Shown in pieces: positions 40,542 through 54,925 of a stretch of DNA of 64,000 nucleotides (the first letter of the stretch is position 1; each line of letters begins with the position of its first letter). This stretch comes from Octopus vulgaris (taxonomy: Eukaryota). A model generated the notes under the pieces. It was not told the origin of the DNA, did not search any database, and saw only the letters and a list, made by a program, of their open reading frames with translations. The stretch spans positions 83,886,001 to 83,950,000 of the forward strand of contig OX597821.1 of NCBI GenBank assembly GCA_951406725.2. The letters are read 5' to 3'. The position numbers were made by a program, and so were the translations under genes.

Positions 40542-41260
40542 TGTATGTATGTATGTATACGCCTCTGAATATGAATAGCCATTTGACTAAAATTTAAAAA
40601 CACACATCAAAAAAGTCTAAAAGAAAATATATAATACAATTTTGGCATAAATTGAAGATTAAGTAGTGATCAAATAATGCCTTAATTACAGCTTAAGTAT
40701 TTAATGCGAACAACGTTAAGGGTTTTATCTTCGCAAACACCAATTTGAGTTTCATAAAGATACTATCAAAATCGAACGATTGCATCTTGCTCTTTATTCC
40801 GTAATTGTCAGACCATTTACGACTCAACGAACTCTCGTTGTCTTCTCCTCTCACAAATTTGCTATAAACGTGAATGCGTTTCAATGAACTTTTAAACTTT
40901 ACGGCGTTTTCGTCTGCTTCGCTAGTAATTTATCAGCATCAGTTACGATTAGGTGTTTTCTGATAAGGCAAGAAATATCTCAATTTGATCTGATGTATTA
41001 GCGAAAACTAATCCTGAGAATATGTCTAGGAGTATTCAACGTGTGCGTGAGTAATATGTATACATATAATATATATGTACACACACAGAGACACACACAC
41101 AAACACACATACTTTATTGATGAAACATTTTAAACTGATGTTTAAATTAATTTTATGTATACACATTAGCAAATCACTAAATCATCCATTAATTTGGATG
41201 ACGAAAACATTTATACTAATAGAGAAGCAAGTCTGAAAAGAGCTGAACTTTCGAGTCAGT

Positions 41261-41309
41261 CTTAGCTGATGATACAAGGGAAATTGCCAAAACTGACGTC
41301 AGTATTAGG
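41261..41309 (+). ncRNA. Hammerhead-like motif, copy 1 (stem III palindrome ACUGACGUCAGU)
   Basis: cttag-CTGATGA-tacaagggaaattgcc-aAAA-ctgacgtcag-TA-ttagg. Confidence 0.7.
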
Positions 41310-41501
41310 GAATTCTCGATCGGCATTTTTCGGACGATTAGGGTCCCTGTTAGTACTTATGTTTACATTTATGTGCGTTAACAACAACATTAGAGTATTT
41401 TAGCTCTTATTTCTAGCAATGTAGGTGTTTCTTAACATCCTAATCACATTTATTGACAATTGTAATTCTCCTGTTTATATTAATGTTATATACATGTACA
41501 C

Positions 41502-41586
<85 letters not shown>

Positions 41587-41791
41587 AATAAAATTAGTAT
41601 AAGCAGCAGGTTGCATTGATTCGCCAAAAATGAGAATTATGATGGTCACTAAATGTGACTAGAGTGTTAGGAAACGCTTACATTGCTAGAAATAAGAGCT
41701 AAAATGCTCTAATGCTATAGTCAACGCACAAGAATGAAAACAAATACACTAACGGAGAACTGAATCGTCCAAAAAATGCTGATCGAGAATT

Positions 41792-41840
41792 CTTAATGCT
41801 GACATCAGTTTCGGCAATTTCCGTTGCCTCATCAATTAAG
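41792..41840 (-). ncRNA. Hammerhead-like motif, copy 2 (inverted)
   Basis: cttaa-tTGATGA-ggcaa cggaaa ttgcc-GAAA-ctgatgtcag-cA-ttaag. Confidence 0.7.
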
Positions 41841-42211
41841 CCTGCTCGATCTCGGTCAGAGCAAGAAAGAAAGAGCAGGCTTGACCGATCGGTCACGTGG
41901 GAAGAGAAGAGAGAGAAATAGAGGCAGGGGGACAGAAGAATTAAGGAGGGGAAGAGAAGAGAGAGAAGTAGAAGCAGAGGGACAGAAGAATTAAGGAGGG
42001 GCGAGAAATATATGACAGGGACACAGTGAAGTGAAAAGTGGAGGGAAAGTGAGTAAGAAGAGAAAGTAAAGAAATGTGAGAGAGGGGAAACGAAAGAACG
42101 AAGAGTGGAATGAACGAATAAGCGTGAAAGGGCTGACAGACAGAAAAAGAGTCGTACAAGATTCAGACAAATATATACTTACATATAAGAGACCAAAGTG
42201 TACTTACGCCG

Positions 42212-42291
<80 letters not shown>

Positions 42292-42699
42292 CGAAATGGG
42301 ACAAAAAAACATCCCGATAGACGATACAAAGAAAACAAGGCGAGGTCATTCGAAGTTTTCTTTCTTCAGTCAAGCACCAGATTATCCTCGCAATTTCGGC
42401 TGATTATTCTTGAGATTGCTCCAATCTGGACAACCCCAAGGAAATATATGTGTGTGTGTATGTGTGTGTGTGTGTGCGTGTATGTATTTGTGTGTGTGTC
42501 TTTGTATCTGTGTCTGTCGCCCATTACCGCATGACAACCGGTGTTGATGTGTTTACATCCCTGTAACTTAGTTGTTTGGCACACGAGACCGATAGAATAA
42601 GTACTAAGCTTCAAAACTATGTTCTGGTGTCGACTAAAACTCTTCAAGGCTGTGCTCCATCATGGCCGCAGTCAAATGACACGCTGCTTCTCCACGTAG

Positions 42700-43450
42700 C
42701 TGCAGACCCAGCAGTCCTTGCCGCTTTGCGCTTCCATACCATCGTGATCTCATTACCAGCTTAAGAGATCAGGAGGTCGCAGAAATATTTGCATTGTAGC
42801 ACCTTCCCACTACGAGCTACACAAATTCTTATTTCAAACTGGTAAGGGAGATCCTCAACTCGTTATTCTGCCCACAGCTGAAGTCGGTTCTCAGGCTACG
42901 AGCAATTCCAAGCCATTTCCGTAAGGACTTGCTGACTCACCTTTCAAAGTCCTCTATTGTAGACGGTGGAACCGCGAAATAGCATTCGTCCACGAAAGAA
43001 TCCCTGGAACCCTTCTATAGTGGTAAATCCTGACCTTAAACTTGCCGACTTTGTCTGACTTGTCCGCAGTAGACAGCCAATCTTCAAGTGCCTGGTTGGT
43101 CACACGAATGAATGCTGTGTTCTTCGGACTGAAATCAAACACTCTTACTTGATTCTCACTGAATTCTCTGCATCGGATGGTATCTGTATGTTAGCAACTT
43201 CCTGTCGCCCTTCCTACCGACCTTCCTCTTTTTCAGCACAAGAAATCTGGATTTGGTTGGGCTGAAACTCCAAGTAGCCCTATTCATAAATTCCTCATGA
43301 TCCTCTTGTTTCTCAAGACTGATGTTGTTGTTGCAGTAAGATTATAAAAACGTAATGGGATGGGCTGCCAGACACTTGACACAGTGAGCGGCCCTCTGCA
43401 TTGCACTTTAATCGACTTTACCATCATGACCATTGCAAACACGAAAAGGC
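42700..43450 (-). mobile_element. Possible old LINE RT remnant
   Basis: Weak motifs (FSPKNT, KFKV.I..LSW); heavily decayed. Confidence 0.3.
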
Positions 43451-43459
43451 TCAACGAAA

Positions 43460-43866
43460 GGCGCAAGAGTGGATTTGTGGTAAGTAGCTTGCTTACCAAC
43501 CACATGGTTCTGGGTTCAGTCCCATTGCGTGGCACCTTGGGCAAGTGTCTTCTGCTATAGCCTCGGGCCGACCACAGCCTTGTGAGTGGATTTGGTAGAC
43601 GGAAACTCAAAGAAGCCCCTCGTATATATGTATATATATGTGTATGTGTGTGTATATGTTTGAGTGTCTGTGTTTGTTCTCCCAACATCGCTTGACAACC
43701 GATTCTGGTGTGTTTACGTCCCCGTAACTTAGCGGTTCGGCAAAAGAGACCGATAGAATAAGTACTAGGCTTACAAAGAATAAGTCCCGGGGTCGATTTG
43801 GTCGACTAAAGGCGGTGCTCCAGCATGGCCACAGTCAAATGACTGAAACAAGTAAAAGAGTAAAGA
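43460..43866 (+). mobile_element. SINE A full length
   Basis: Near-consensus head, body and tail. Confidence 0.93.
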
Positions 43867-45089
43867 GAGAGAGAAACGGTACGTCCAATGATAATGGCCT
43901 TCTCGAGCTTCTGTCAGTTTGGTGTGGTAGAAGTATCAGAGTAAGGTTGCTGAACCTGTTTGGAGCCATGGTGCCTGTATAAGGTCACTTCATCCTGATC
44001 TTGGGTTGAGGACCTTCATCCTTAACAAGGTACCAAACAACCACCTCACCATTGGCAAGACACTATATCACCACTTCATCAAAAATAAGACGCTACACCA
44101 CGGTTTGACTACTAAAAAGACCCGACGCCACCGCCTCACAGGCTATCAAGACACTGCACCACCAAATCATGACTACCACAATTAGGCCACCCCCCCCCCA
44201 TCGCTGCCGCATCACCACTAATAAGACACCACACTAACCAATTTCTGACCTTATTAATGGAATGAGGAATTCTGAAGTATCACTTTCACTTAAGAAGTTG
44301 ACACTTCTTTGTGTCGCACTTCCATCATCAACATCATCATCATCGTCGTCGTCGCCTCCTCCTCCGCCTCCTCTTCCTCATTATCATCACCATCATCATC
44401 ATCAGAGGCGTCGTCTTCGTTGGCTTCTTCGCAATTGAAAAAAAATTGGAGGAGGGCAACAAAAACCCCCCCTCCAAAATCACTAAAAGAAAAATAATTA
44501 CAAAAACATGCAACAAGAAAAAGAACCAAAGAAATACGAAAAAATGAAGATGCGATTACAAAAATATCTGCCACTAAGTAGGTTCAATCGTGGCACGGAT
44601 AAACACGTGGTTTGTTTGAGAAACGGAAATGTTGCCAAGTGGACTGGAGATGACGGTTGAGACAAAGAGAGAGAGAGAGAGGGGACAAAGGGAGAGAGGG
44701 TATGAGAGCAAGAGAGTGAGTTGAGAGAGAGGGGGAGAGAGAGAATTACTGGCGGCGAAGTAGGCAAGGCAGACGAGATCAGAAGTGTCTTGTATGTCGA
44801 CAGGACTACACACACTCGTGCACACACATGCACATACGCAGAAGTATGCTATACACTATCTTTTCCCTCCAAAAAAAAAAGAAAAAAATGGAAAAATGAT
44901 GAAAAAAAATTGGCAAAAAGAAAATGAACTGGGTTTCCGAATACAGGAAAAGAGCTACTTAGAAAGAAGAAGAGGAAGAAGGAAAGAAGGCGAGGAGAAG
45001 TGTTACTTGTTATCATATCTATTATAACGAGAATTATTTACTACAAGTGACAACGACTGAAGCAGCGAATCCCGAAGATATTTAGCGCC

Positions 45090-45450
<361 letters not shown>

Positions 45451-45568
45451 CATGTGTAGTTACAAATTCTCGACTTCACATCAGACAGAGATGCCATTGT
45501 ATGTGCCGTCCGACTTTCTTTTTCCTTTACACATACATAAATGCATACACACACGCACACAAACATTC

Positions 45569-45608
<40 letters not shown>

Positions 45609-45757
45609 AGTGAGAGAAAGAAGGAGAGAGGAAAAGGAGAGAAAGAGAGAGAAAGAGGGAGAAAGAGAGAGATAGCGGGTATAGAGACGTCATTCATAAA
45701 CTCACACTCACACCTATACGTACTCACACACAGTCTCTCCCTCTCCCTCTGTTTCTG

Positions 45758-45807
<50 letters not shown>

Positions 45808-46177
45808 ACTCATACACATGTAAACTAATACTCCGACGACACAAGTTAAAATTAGAAAATACATATGAAATAATCCCTCGCAATATCACGGTCCACCAAT
45901 CGCGATTCACTTATCGCGTGTTACCTATCACGGCTTATTATTTAAGCTTACGTCGATTCCTCCGTGATGTCGTTTTGCATTTATGATAAAATCAATATGT
46001 ATAAATTATAAAAATGATAGAAAAAATATACAGTCCTGGCCGTGTGAAAAGAAGCTTGAGTCTGGATTCAGTCCCACTGCCTTGTACCTCGAGCAAGTGT
46101 CTTCTGCTATAGACTCGGGCTGACCAAATCCTTGCGAGTGGATTTGGTAGACGAAAACGGAAAGAAGCCGGTCGTGT

Positions 46178-46218
<41 letters not shown>

Positions 46219-46600
46219 AAATAGGGCAAGAACGCAAAACATCCAGAAGACGATACAAAAAAAACGGACGAGTCATTCGAAGCCTCTAATCTTCAGTCAA
46301 GAACCGGATCATCCTCGCAATTTCGGCTGATTAATCTTGAGATCGCTCCGATCCGGCCAGCCCCAAGGAAAAACTAAGCTACGAGCATTAGATTTCTTGG
46401 AAAAAGGATCGAATGTATACGAAACAAGGACAGAAAAACGAACGATGCCACACGAATATAAATACAAAAAACAATACTAATAATAACGGGACAAAGACAA
46501 CAGGTGTCTTTCGACTTTAGACAGTTCAACTTAGCTTAGTTGGCGTATTTGGAAAATAATGCCTTACGGCAGACGAAAAAATAAAATATATATATATATA

Positions 46601-46735
46601 TGTTGCTGTATTTGGGGATAGTCACGTTGCCAGTTTAGTCATTAAAAACACACGCACTATATATATGGTGCGTATGTGCGTGTGTATTTTTTTGGGGGCT
46701 AAACTGGCAGATGGCCATCCCCAAATACAACAATA
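46601..46735. mobile_element. Small IR-bounded element between (TA)n tracts
   Basis: ttgctgtatttggggat..tgccagtttagtc versus ggctaaactggca..atccccaaatacaacaa. Confidence 0.6.
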
Positions 46736-46777
46736 TCTGTTTCAACATACGAATTCACATTAAGAAGCTTGCAAAAC

Positions 46778-46871
<94 letters not shown>

Positions 46872-46874
46872 GTA

Positions 46875-46922
<48 letters not shown>

Positions 46923-47214
46923 TAGATAAATGGCACAACAAGGCACCAATATTTACTGGAAAATAGCAATCGTAATAAATACGACGCTATTGCAAAGCTT
47001 CACTGCGTATATACTAACAAAGATGTTTGTGTGCAACAAATATGAAAAAAATTTGTCTTACCTCTAGGAAGAACATTCGATAAATGGACAACCTAGATCC
47101 GGATAATGCAGGGCCGGTTTCTGACTCTTCAAATACGTTTGACACCGTAAATTTGATTAGTCTTCATCAGCTGCATTTACCTCGACAAAATTTCAAATGT
47201 TGCCACATCTATGC

Positions 47215-47770
47215 CAGTACACTCGTTCTTTATTTTATTGACTCCAAAAGGACGAAAGGCAAAATTACCCTTACCAGGATTGGAACTCAGAAGGCAAAAA
47301 ACCAGAACAAATGCCACCAGCTATTTTTTTTCCGACGCGCTAACGATTCTGCCAATCCACCGTCATTATTATAAGGATTTCTGATTCGGGCACAAGACCG
47401 GCAATTTTCTAGGGGAGGGTGTAGTCGATACAACTGACCTCAGTACTTGACTAGTACTTTATTTTATCGACCCCCAGAGGATGATAGGCATAGTTGGCCG
47501 CAGAATATAAAGACAAAGGAAATGACGCTAAGCAATAATTATAATTATTATTATTATCCTTTCTACTAAAGGCACAAGGTCTGAAATTTTGTGGGAGAGG
47601 AGACTAGTCGATTACATCGACCCCAGTGTTTCACTGGTACTTAATTTATTGACCCTCGAAAGGATAAAAGGCAAAGTTTGACCTCGGCGGAATTTAAACT
47701 CAGAAGATAAGGACGGACGTGACGCCGCTAAGCATTTTGTCCGGCGTGCTAACGATTCTGCCAACTCGCC

Positions 47771-47823
<53 letters not shown>

Positions 47824-48465
47824 CCTTTCTGCTATAGGCTCAAGACCTGAAATTTTGGTGGAGGTGGGGTGCAGTCTCTTAGATCTACCCCAGTACTCAA
47901 CTGGTACTTAATTTATCGACCCCGAAAAGATGAAAGGCAAAGTCGACATCGGCAGAATTTGAACTTAGAAACGTAAGGACGGACGTGATGCCGCTAAGCA
48001 TTTTGACCGGCGTGCTAACGTTTCTGCCAGCTCACCTTAATAATAATAATTTTTTTATACTATAGGCAGAAGGCCTGAAATTTGTGGGGAGGGACTAAGT
48101 CGCTTACATCGACCACAGTGCTCAACTGGTACTTATTTATCGATCCCGAAAGGAAAGGTAAAGTAGAGCTGGACGGGATTTGAACTCAGAACATAAAGAC
48201 GGACGAAATACTGCTAGAAATTTTGCCTGGCGTGCTAATGATTCTGCCAGCTCGCTTTAATAATAATAGTAATCCTTTCCACTATAGGCACAAGGCCTGA
48301 AATTTTGGGGCAATGGTAAGTCCATTACATCAACCCCAGTACTCAACAGATACTTAATTTATCTACTCCAAAAGGATAAAAGGTAAAGTCGACCTTAGCA
48401 GAATTTGAACTCAAAATGTCAAGACGGACGAAATGCCGCTAACGATATTGCTAGCTCGTTGCCTT
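47215..48465 (-). mobile_element. Head-to-tail stack of about 6 SINE B copies separated by (TAA)n-like spacers
   Basis: Units at about 47215-47362, 47372-47535, 47554-47772, 47820-48038, 48046-48258 and 48270-48465. Confidence 0.92.
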
Positions 48466-49950
48466 AGTAACAATAATAATGATGATGATAATGATGATGA
48501 TGATGACGCAATGCATTTTTTTTTCCGACGCTCAAAATATTTTTGCTAGCTCGCCTCCTTGAGCTAGTTCTTTATTTTTACCGATCTTGGAAGAATGAAT
48601 AGTTAAGTAGAACTCGGCCACTTCTGAGATAGGGAAAGAGTTGACCTCGACATTATTTGGACCCAGAACGTAAAGGACTGCAACAGGTACCACTAAATCG
48701 ATGTGCCAGCGATTCAGTCAATGTCATTCCTTTCTGAAATGGCTTTTACCAAACACTGAATAGAAATTCAATACTGAAATTGTGTCTATTATTTAAAAGA
48801 AGTATTTGCGACCAGACTCATCAATTTTTCTTGTTTCCAACTTAATTTAAATTCCTTGTCTTTTCTGTTGCTATTGTTTCTATTTTACTTCTTCAATTCT
48901 TTGGTTCCTCCAATTCTCTCCAAAGTTGTCTCGGTTCGGTCGGGTCGTGCGTGTTACCGTTATCGTGCAATAAGAGCTATCCCCATTTATCACAAAGGTT
49001 TGGTTCCAGAAAAAATACACTAACAGAACCAATGATAAGTGAATCATCACCACACACTTTGTAAATGGAACGATTAGTAGATGAATTGACACAAAATTCG
49101 CGGCACACAGCAGCGAAACTGCCACCATCACAAATTTTATTGATCCCTTTTGATTGTCCTGTAGAGAATATGTCCTTTTGCGTCGTTTGCTGGGATCAAG
49201 CAACTTTGTATTTTTCCTATTCACTGGCTCCGTGTTGATGGGCACAAGTACTTAAATCCGTGTATAAGGAAACCCCCTCCCCCAAAGAAAACCAAGCAGC
49301 TTCGCAGGACAGTCATGTAAACACAAGCAATAGTTAATGGAATTCTATGTACCTACGCATTGTGGTTAGTCCCTGGAGCGTCTTTTTACGGTACAGGTAG
49401 CATCTTCTACTGATCGCCGACCCGTGTTATCACAGATTAATCCGTGATAAGCTTAACATGGTTCACAATTGACTGTACAGTGTTATCCTGGACGTGATGC
49501 ATAAATCAGTGACAAAGAAGGCTACGTGTATTATTGCTGGAGTAGCATCTCATCACGTGAAGCATTCCTGCTCTCTCACACGACCTACCTCTCCCTCTAC
49601 TCTCATTCCAACGCTATTCCTTCATGACAGTTTCTTCCCATATATTATTCTACATTCCAAGTAACCACGCACCTTTCTCAATCATTTTTCTTCACTGTTA
49701 GACGAAGAGCAAGAGCCCTAAATATTAGGGTAAGCCTTCCCCATCGCAGATGAACTCATAAATAAATATAATCAATATTATCTCTATGTATTTAGCATTT
49801 CTGTAAAATTAGGCAAGTGGCCCCCGATGAATTGTCATATGATAATGAAACCAGTCATTTCGATCCCCATTACAGACTGCCGAAACGACCGCCATAACCC
49901 TCATGTGACAGCTAGACTACATACATACATACATGCATACATACATACAT

Positions 49951-50378
49951 TGTGGCTGCCCCCTCGTTATCGAGTATGGCCATTGCACGAAGCTTAATCA
50001 ATGTTGCTATCGTGCAATGCCTGTGCAAGAAGATTTTTTTTAAAGTGAGGAAAGGTTGTGCACTGAGTCAATCCCACTAACTAAGCAACAGCAGCCATAA
50101 TCCGAAAAGAAGAACAAGTCAACGTCATCGGTAACCACTGAGCCACAGGTTTTATGTCGGAGTTATCCCAGTTACCTGAGTTACCTTCTCCTAAAAGGAT
50201 GCCCTAACAAAGGCTAGGAGTCCTTCACTCCCAATGGTTTAACCGCGCGACCGGGTATTCAGTCCGATTATTTCTATGTCCCCACGCATGATACAGCCTT
50301 AAGACATTTATTGGATGGCCGTTGACTCTCAAGAGTTCCTTCGCCCTTTGACGGGTTTTGTTTTTCATACCGCAGGGT
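49951..50378 (+). mobile_element. About 430-bp interspersed element inserted in (CATA)n; its first 45 bp recur inverted at about 36978-37022
   Basis: ggctgccccctcgttatcgagtatggccattgcacgaagcttaa is shared; (CATA)n on both flanks. Confidence 0.65.
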
Positions 50379-50896
50379 ACATACATACATACATACATAC
50401 ATACATACATACATGCATACATACATACATACATACATACACACACACATATACATACATACATACATACATACATACATACAGACATAATACATACATA
50501 CACACACACATATACATACATACATACATACATACATACATACATACATACATACATACATACATACATACATACCAATGTGGGTCTGTCTACATATTCA
50601 AACGTAGCTCTGTACTAGTACCATACTAAAATTTGAACTTATTTGATTCCAATCAAACTCTTTTAATCCCAGCAGAGGATCGCTAGATTATTTGGATATC
50701 TGGATTTTACTCTTCTTCATTTTAAGGTTCGTAGAGTGTTGCAGACTGTTTGGCAAAAGATTATAAAGTATTTAGTTTTGTGTTGTCTCGGGTTCGCGGG
50801 TTCGATTTCACATAGAATCAGTCTCGACTTTGTTTTGCTCGAGATTTGGCTGATATTCAAAGCATGCAAAGAGATCAGGTCGTAATAAAACTTTAT

Positions 50897-51170
50897 TGTG
50901 AGTGGATTTGGTAGACGGAAACTGAAAGAAGCCCGTCGTATATATATATGTATATGTGTACGTGTATGTCTGTGTTTGTCCCCTTAGCATTGCTTGACAG
51001 CCGATTCAGCTGTGTTTATGTCCCCGTAACTTAGCGGTTCAGCAAAAGACACCTATAGAATAAGTACTAGGCTTACAAAGAATAAGTCCTGGGGTTGATT
51101 TGCTCGATTAAAGGCGGTGCTCCAGCATGGCCACAGTCAAATGACTGAAACAAGTAAAAGAGTAACAGAG
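50897..51170 (+). mobile_element. SINE A, 5'-truncated
   Basis: Body and tail near consensus. Confidence 0.9.
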
Positions 51171-51294
51171 AGAAAGAGTATAGAAAGAACTTATATCAGA
51201 AATTGAAAGAGGAGAAAGCGAAAAGGACAGAGAAAGAAAGTGAAAGGTGTATGTACATCTATATGAAATGGACATGTGTGTGTGTGCGTGCGTA

Positions 51295-51334
<40 letters not shown>

Positions 51335-51626
51335 AGAGAGTGTGAAAAAGAGAAAGAGTGAGTGAGTGAAGGGTGTGTGTCGTTATGATTGATGTCTTTT
51401 AAGGTACACACACATATAGAAAATGAGACGTCATCGTATAAAATGTTTACGAAAGTTGATTTATGGAAAAGATTAGAATGTTACATTTTTGAAATGCAAA
51501 TATGTGAATGGAAATTAAGTTTAGTTTGTAGCCGAAATAGTACTGGATCTTTTGATACCCCATACGTCAAAATCTGTAACTCGGTTTTGAAATGCGTAAG
51601 GAATATATGTATATATATGTGTGTGT

Positions 51627-51717
<91 letters not shown>

Positions 51718-52702
51718 TGTGTGTGTGTAGGACAGACTTCTTTCAAACTGAAAGTATTATCTCACATTACAATAGAGACGTAAAACTAAAATAGTGTAAG
51801 AGATGAGATTGCTCTGGGCTCGCATTAGGCACTACATGGACCCCGGCTTTTGTATTTGACGCCTGTTGCTTTAAGTATTTTATTTCGATTTTATGTATAT
51901 ATGTATGTATAAGCCAATGAGGGAGACTTCTATATGGTGGCTAGACCTGGTAGAAATAGCAGCCAAATCTCCCTCAAAACACCCTACTGTCTTAATCCGA
52001 CAATTCTGCCTATTATGTAGTTTAAATGAGAAACTGTAGCTAAAGATTAAGATTATTAACCCCAACATTTTACGCGTTTTAATAACAATCAATTTTTTTT
52101 CTCTTTTTTGCTTAATTAAAATGGTTGCCTTTTCCTCGAGGTTTTTCATGTCAGCTGTAAAGGTGAAGAAGGTTAACTTGGACAGTGTTAAGTAGTGGAG
52201 ATGTTTGATGATTGTATATGATGGTTACTTTCGACTGTTTCTTCTCAATAAGGATAATTGATTGATAACGAATATATACAAAATATATACAACTTCAAGT
52301 GGAATTGGACATCATAAGAGAGATAGAGAGAGGAAAGAAAAGAGACAGCATAGCGACTGTTTTGGCTGACTGTTACCCTGCACTCCCTTTGTTGCTAGCA
52401 AAATGGTATAAGCCGGCTGTCTGAGCAAACTTGTTTCTTTTAATGGCGGAACAAACAGGACAAACAGATTACAAAAATAGCGATTCTCAATTTGAAACTC
52501 ACAAATTTGAAAATTTCTTTAGATTACGGAAGGCCCCACTCTCTCATATATCCATGTTTAAAATTTTAGCGCGATCGGATGAACAGCATTCGAGTTATAA
52601 GAGCACAAACAAACAGACAGAACGGGATTTATATATTAAGATATACACACTCATATACATTCATACATTCATTAATCTATACCCTCGTTATTTTTCCTAT
52701 TT

Positions 52703-52758
52703 GTCTCTGATGACGGAATATCCCATACTCTGGGATATCCCAGAAACAACTGTAAGAC
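52703..52758 (+). ncRNA. Type I hammerhead ribozyme-like motif
   Basis: gtct-CTGATGA-cgga atatccca tactc tgggatat ccca-GAAA-caactg-TA-agac; stem I gtct/agac; 8-bp core of stem II; stem III one change from ACAGCTGT. Confidence 0.75.
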
Positions 52759-52921
52759 TTTGAATTTTTTCTAATGATATTAATGTATATGACTTGAGAT
52801 GTTTGCCTTGCCTTAACGTTTGTCGTCCTCTTTAACAGTTATGTATGTATGTATGTATGTACGTATGGGTCGAAATCCACAAGATTTTTTTCATTATCTT
52901 TCTGTTTATTTTCTCTTATTC

Positions 52922-52957
52922 CTTTCTGTTGAAGAGCGTAGGCTCGAAACGTAAAAG
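52922..52957 (+). ncRNA. Minimal hammerhead-like motif with CUGUUGA core in a family E element (about 52866-53048)
   Basis: cttt-CTGTTGA-a-gagc gtag gctc-GAAA-c-GTA-aaag. Confidence 0.65.
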
Positions 52958-53087
52958 ACTTTTTTTACTTTCCCGAGCGTCAAACCAATACACTTTCTTG
53001 TTGTTCTTACACCTGTCTTCGTCTTTTGTTTTTCTATGAATTTCAACTATATTTGACTGAAACAAATAAAAGAATAAAAGAATAAGA

Positions 53088-53162
<75 letters not shown>

Positions 53163-53489
53163 ATATTTGTGAGGTGTGTGATATTGATAACGGTATATAA
53201 CCAATCTTTGGAGGTCTATAGTAAGTTCGCTTATATTTTCAAAAGATCCATATGTGAGAAACAAATGAGTTATAAAATTTTAGAAATATAACTAAATGAG
53301 TGGCAATCAAACCGGTGAGTGTGTTAAATAATAAAGCACTAAAAGAGAATGACTCTCCCCAGACACAATAAGATATGCTTCAGCACACGTATTCACATAA
53401 AGAATCTTGCAAACCAAATCCCCAAACGAAATAAATTCTTAAATTCTTTCGTTTATCCAATATGAATGCACAAATTAATCAACACAATT

Positions 53490-53578
<89 letters not shown>

Positions 53579-53668
53579 CGGGAAGCTTTACGAAAATAAA
53601 CAAAAGACGAAGGCAGGTGGAGTACAAACAAACAATTGTATTAGTATGGCGCTCAGGAATAGAAATAA

Positions 53669-53718
<50 letters not shown>

Positions 53719-53720
53719 GC

Positions 53721-53829
<109 letters not shown>

Positions 53830-54333
53830 CACATATATATATATATACATACATATGTATATATTTACATACATATGTATATATATACATATATATACAT
53901 ACATATACATTTATATGCATATATATATGTATATATATATGTTTATATATATGTATATATAATACATATATATATTGTACATATACATATATACACATGT
54001 ATACATTTTTGTATAAATTATAAGTTCATATATATATTTGTATATATATACACACATATCTTCAAATATATGTTTATATATGTGTGTATGTGTGTATGTA
54101 TGTATTACATGCATATTTCCATACTTACACATATGAAAGAGATGAGGGGAGAGAAAGAGAGAGAGAGAGAGTTCAAAGCAGAGTTCGATGAGTTCGATCG
54201 CCGTGAGCCGTGAAGATTCTTATCAAACTCTTCTTCTGTGAACTCGTCTGGAAATGGACTCGGCAGAAAGACCATCACCTAGTTCTGAAGATTCTCTACT
54301 TGAAACTATATCATTGTTTATGTATATACATAG

Positions 54334-54402
<69 letters not shown>

Positions 54403-54549
54403 AGTGTGTGTGTGTGTGTGTGTGTGTTACTGCTCAGAGTACTCACAGTGAAATATCGATTGGACAAATTAAAATGTGCCCTGCGAATAAGTTCATGTTT
54501 GTCGTTTATGCATACACACTCTCAAACACACACCTACACACACACACGA

Positions 54550-54610
<61 letters not shown>

Positions 54611-54649
54611 GGAAACACAAATGTCTTTCCATCTTTATTTTTCTCTCTC

Positions 54650-54687
<38 letters not shown>

Positions 54688-54925
54688 CGCAAAAACACAC
54701 AGACACCCACAAAAGATACATATTTGTATATGTATGAATATGTGTGTGTATGTGTGTGTGTGCGTCCGTGTGTACGTTTGTGTGCACGTTTAACGTGAAT
54801 CTTTCCATCGCCAACAGAGCGCGCTCACACACATTCAGTATAATGGTATTTGCGCGCGCGCGCGCGCGTGTGTGCGCTTATAGATAGATACGTATAACTC
54901 TCTCTTTTTCTCTCTTTCGGTATAG

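Larger units (their letters stand above)
41261..41840. repeat. About 208-bp inverted repeat pair around a (CA)n(TA)n spacer
   Basis: 41261-41468 versus the reverse complement of 41632-41840. Confidence 0.88.

Noticed and set aside
41900-42001. About 50-bp tandem duplication of purine-rich sequence
   Set aside because: Ordinary slippage duplication with no further structure
47215-48465. Repeat-spacer appearance suggesting CRISPR
   Set aside because: Units are about 220-bp SINEs and the spacers are (TAA)n; eukaryotic context with no cas genes
48880-49245. 121-aa ORF with a hydrophobic stretch
   Set aside because: No recognisable domain or splice support; possibly old TE debris
49951-50010. 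Possible HDV-like ribozyme at the element 5' end
   Set aside because: Could not assemble the nested double pseudoknot by eye
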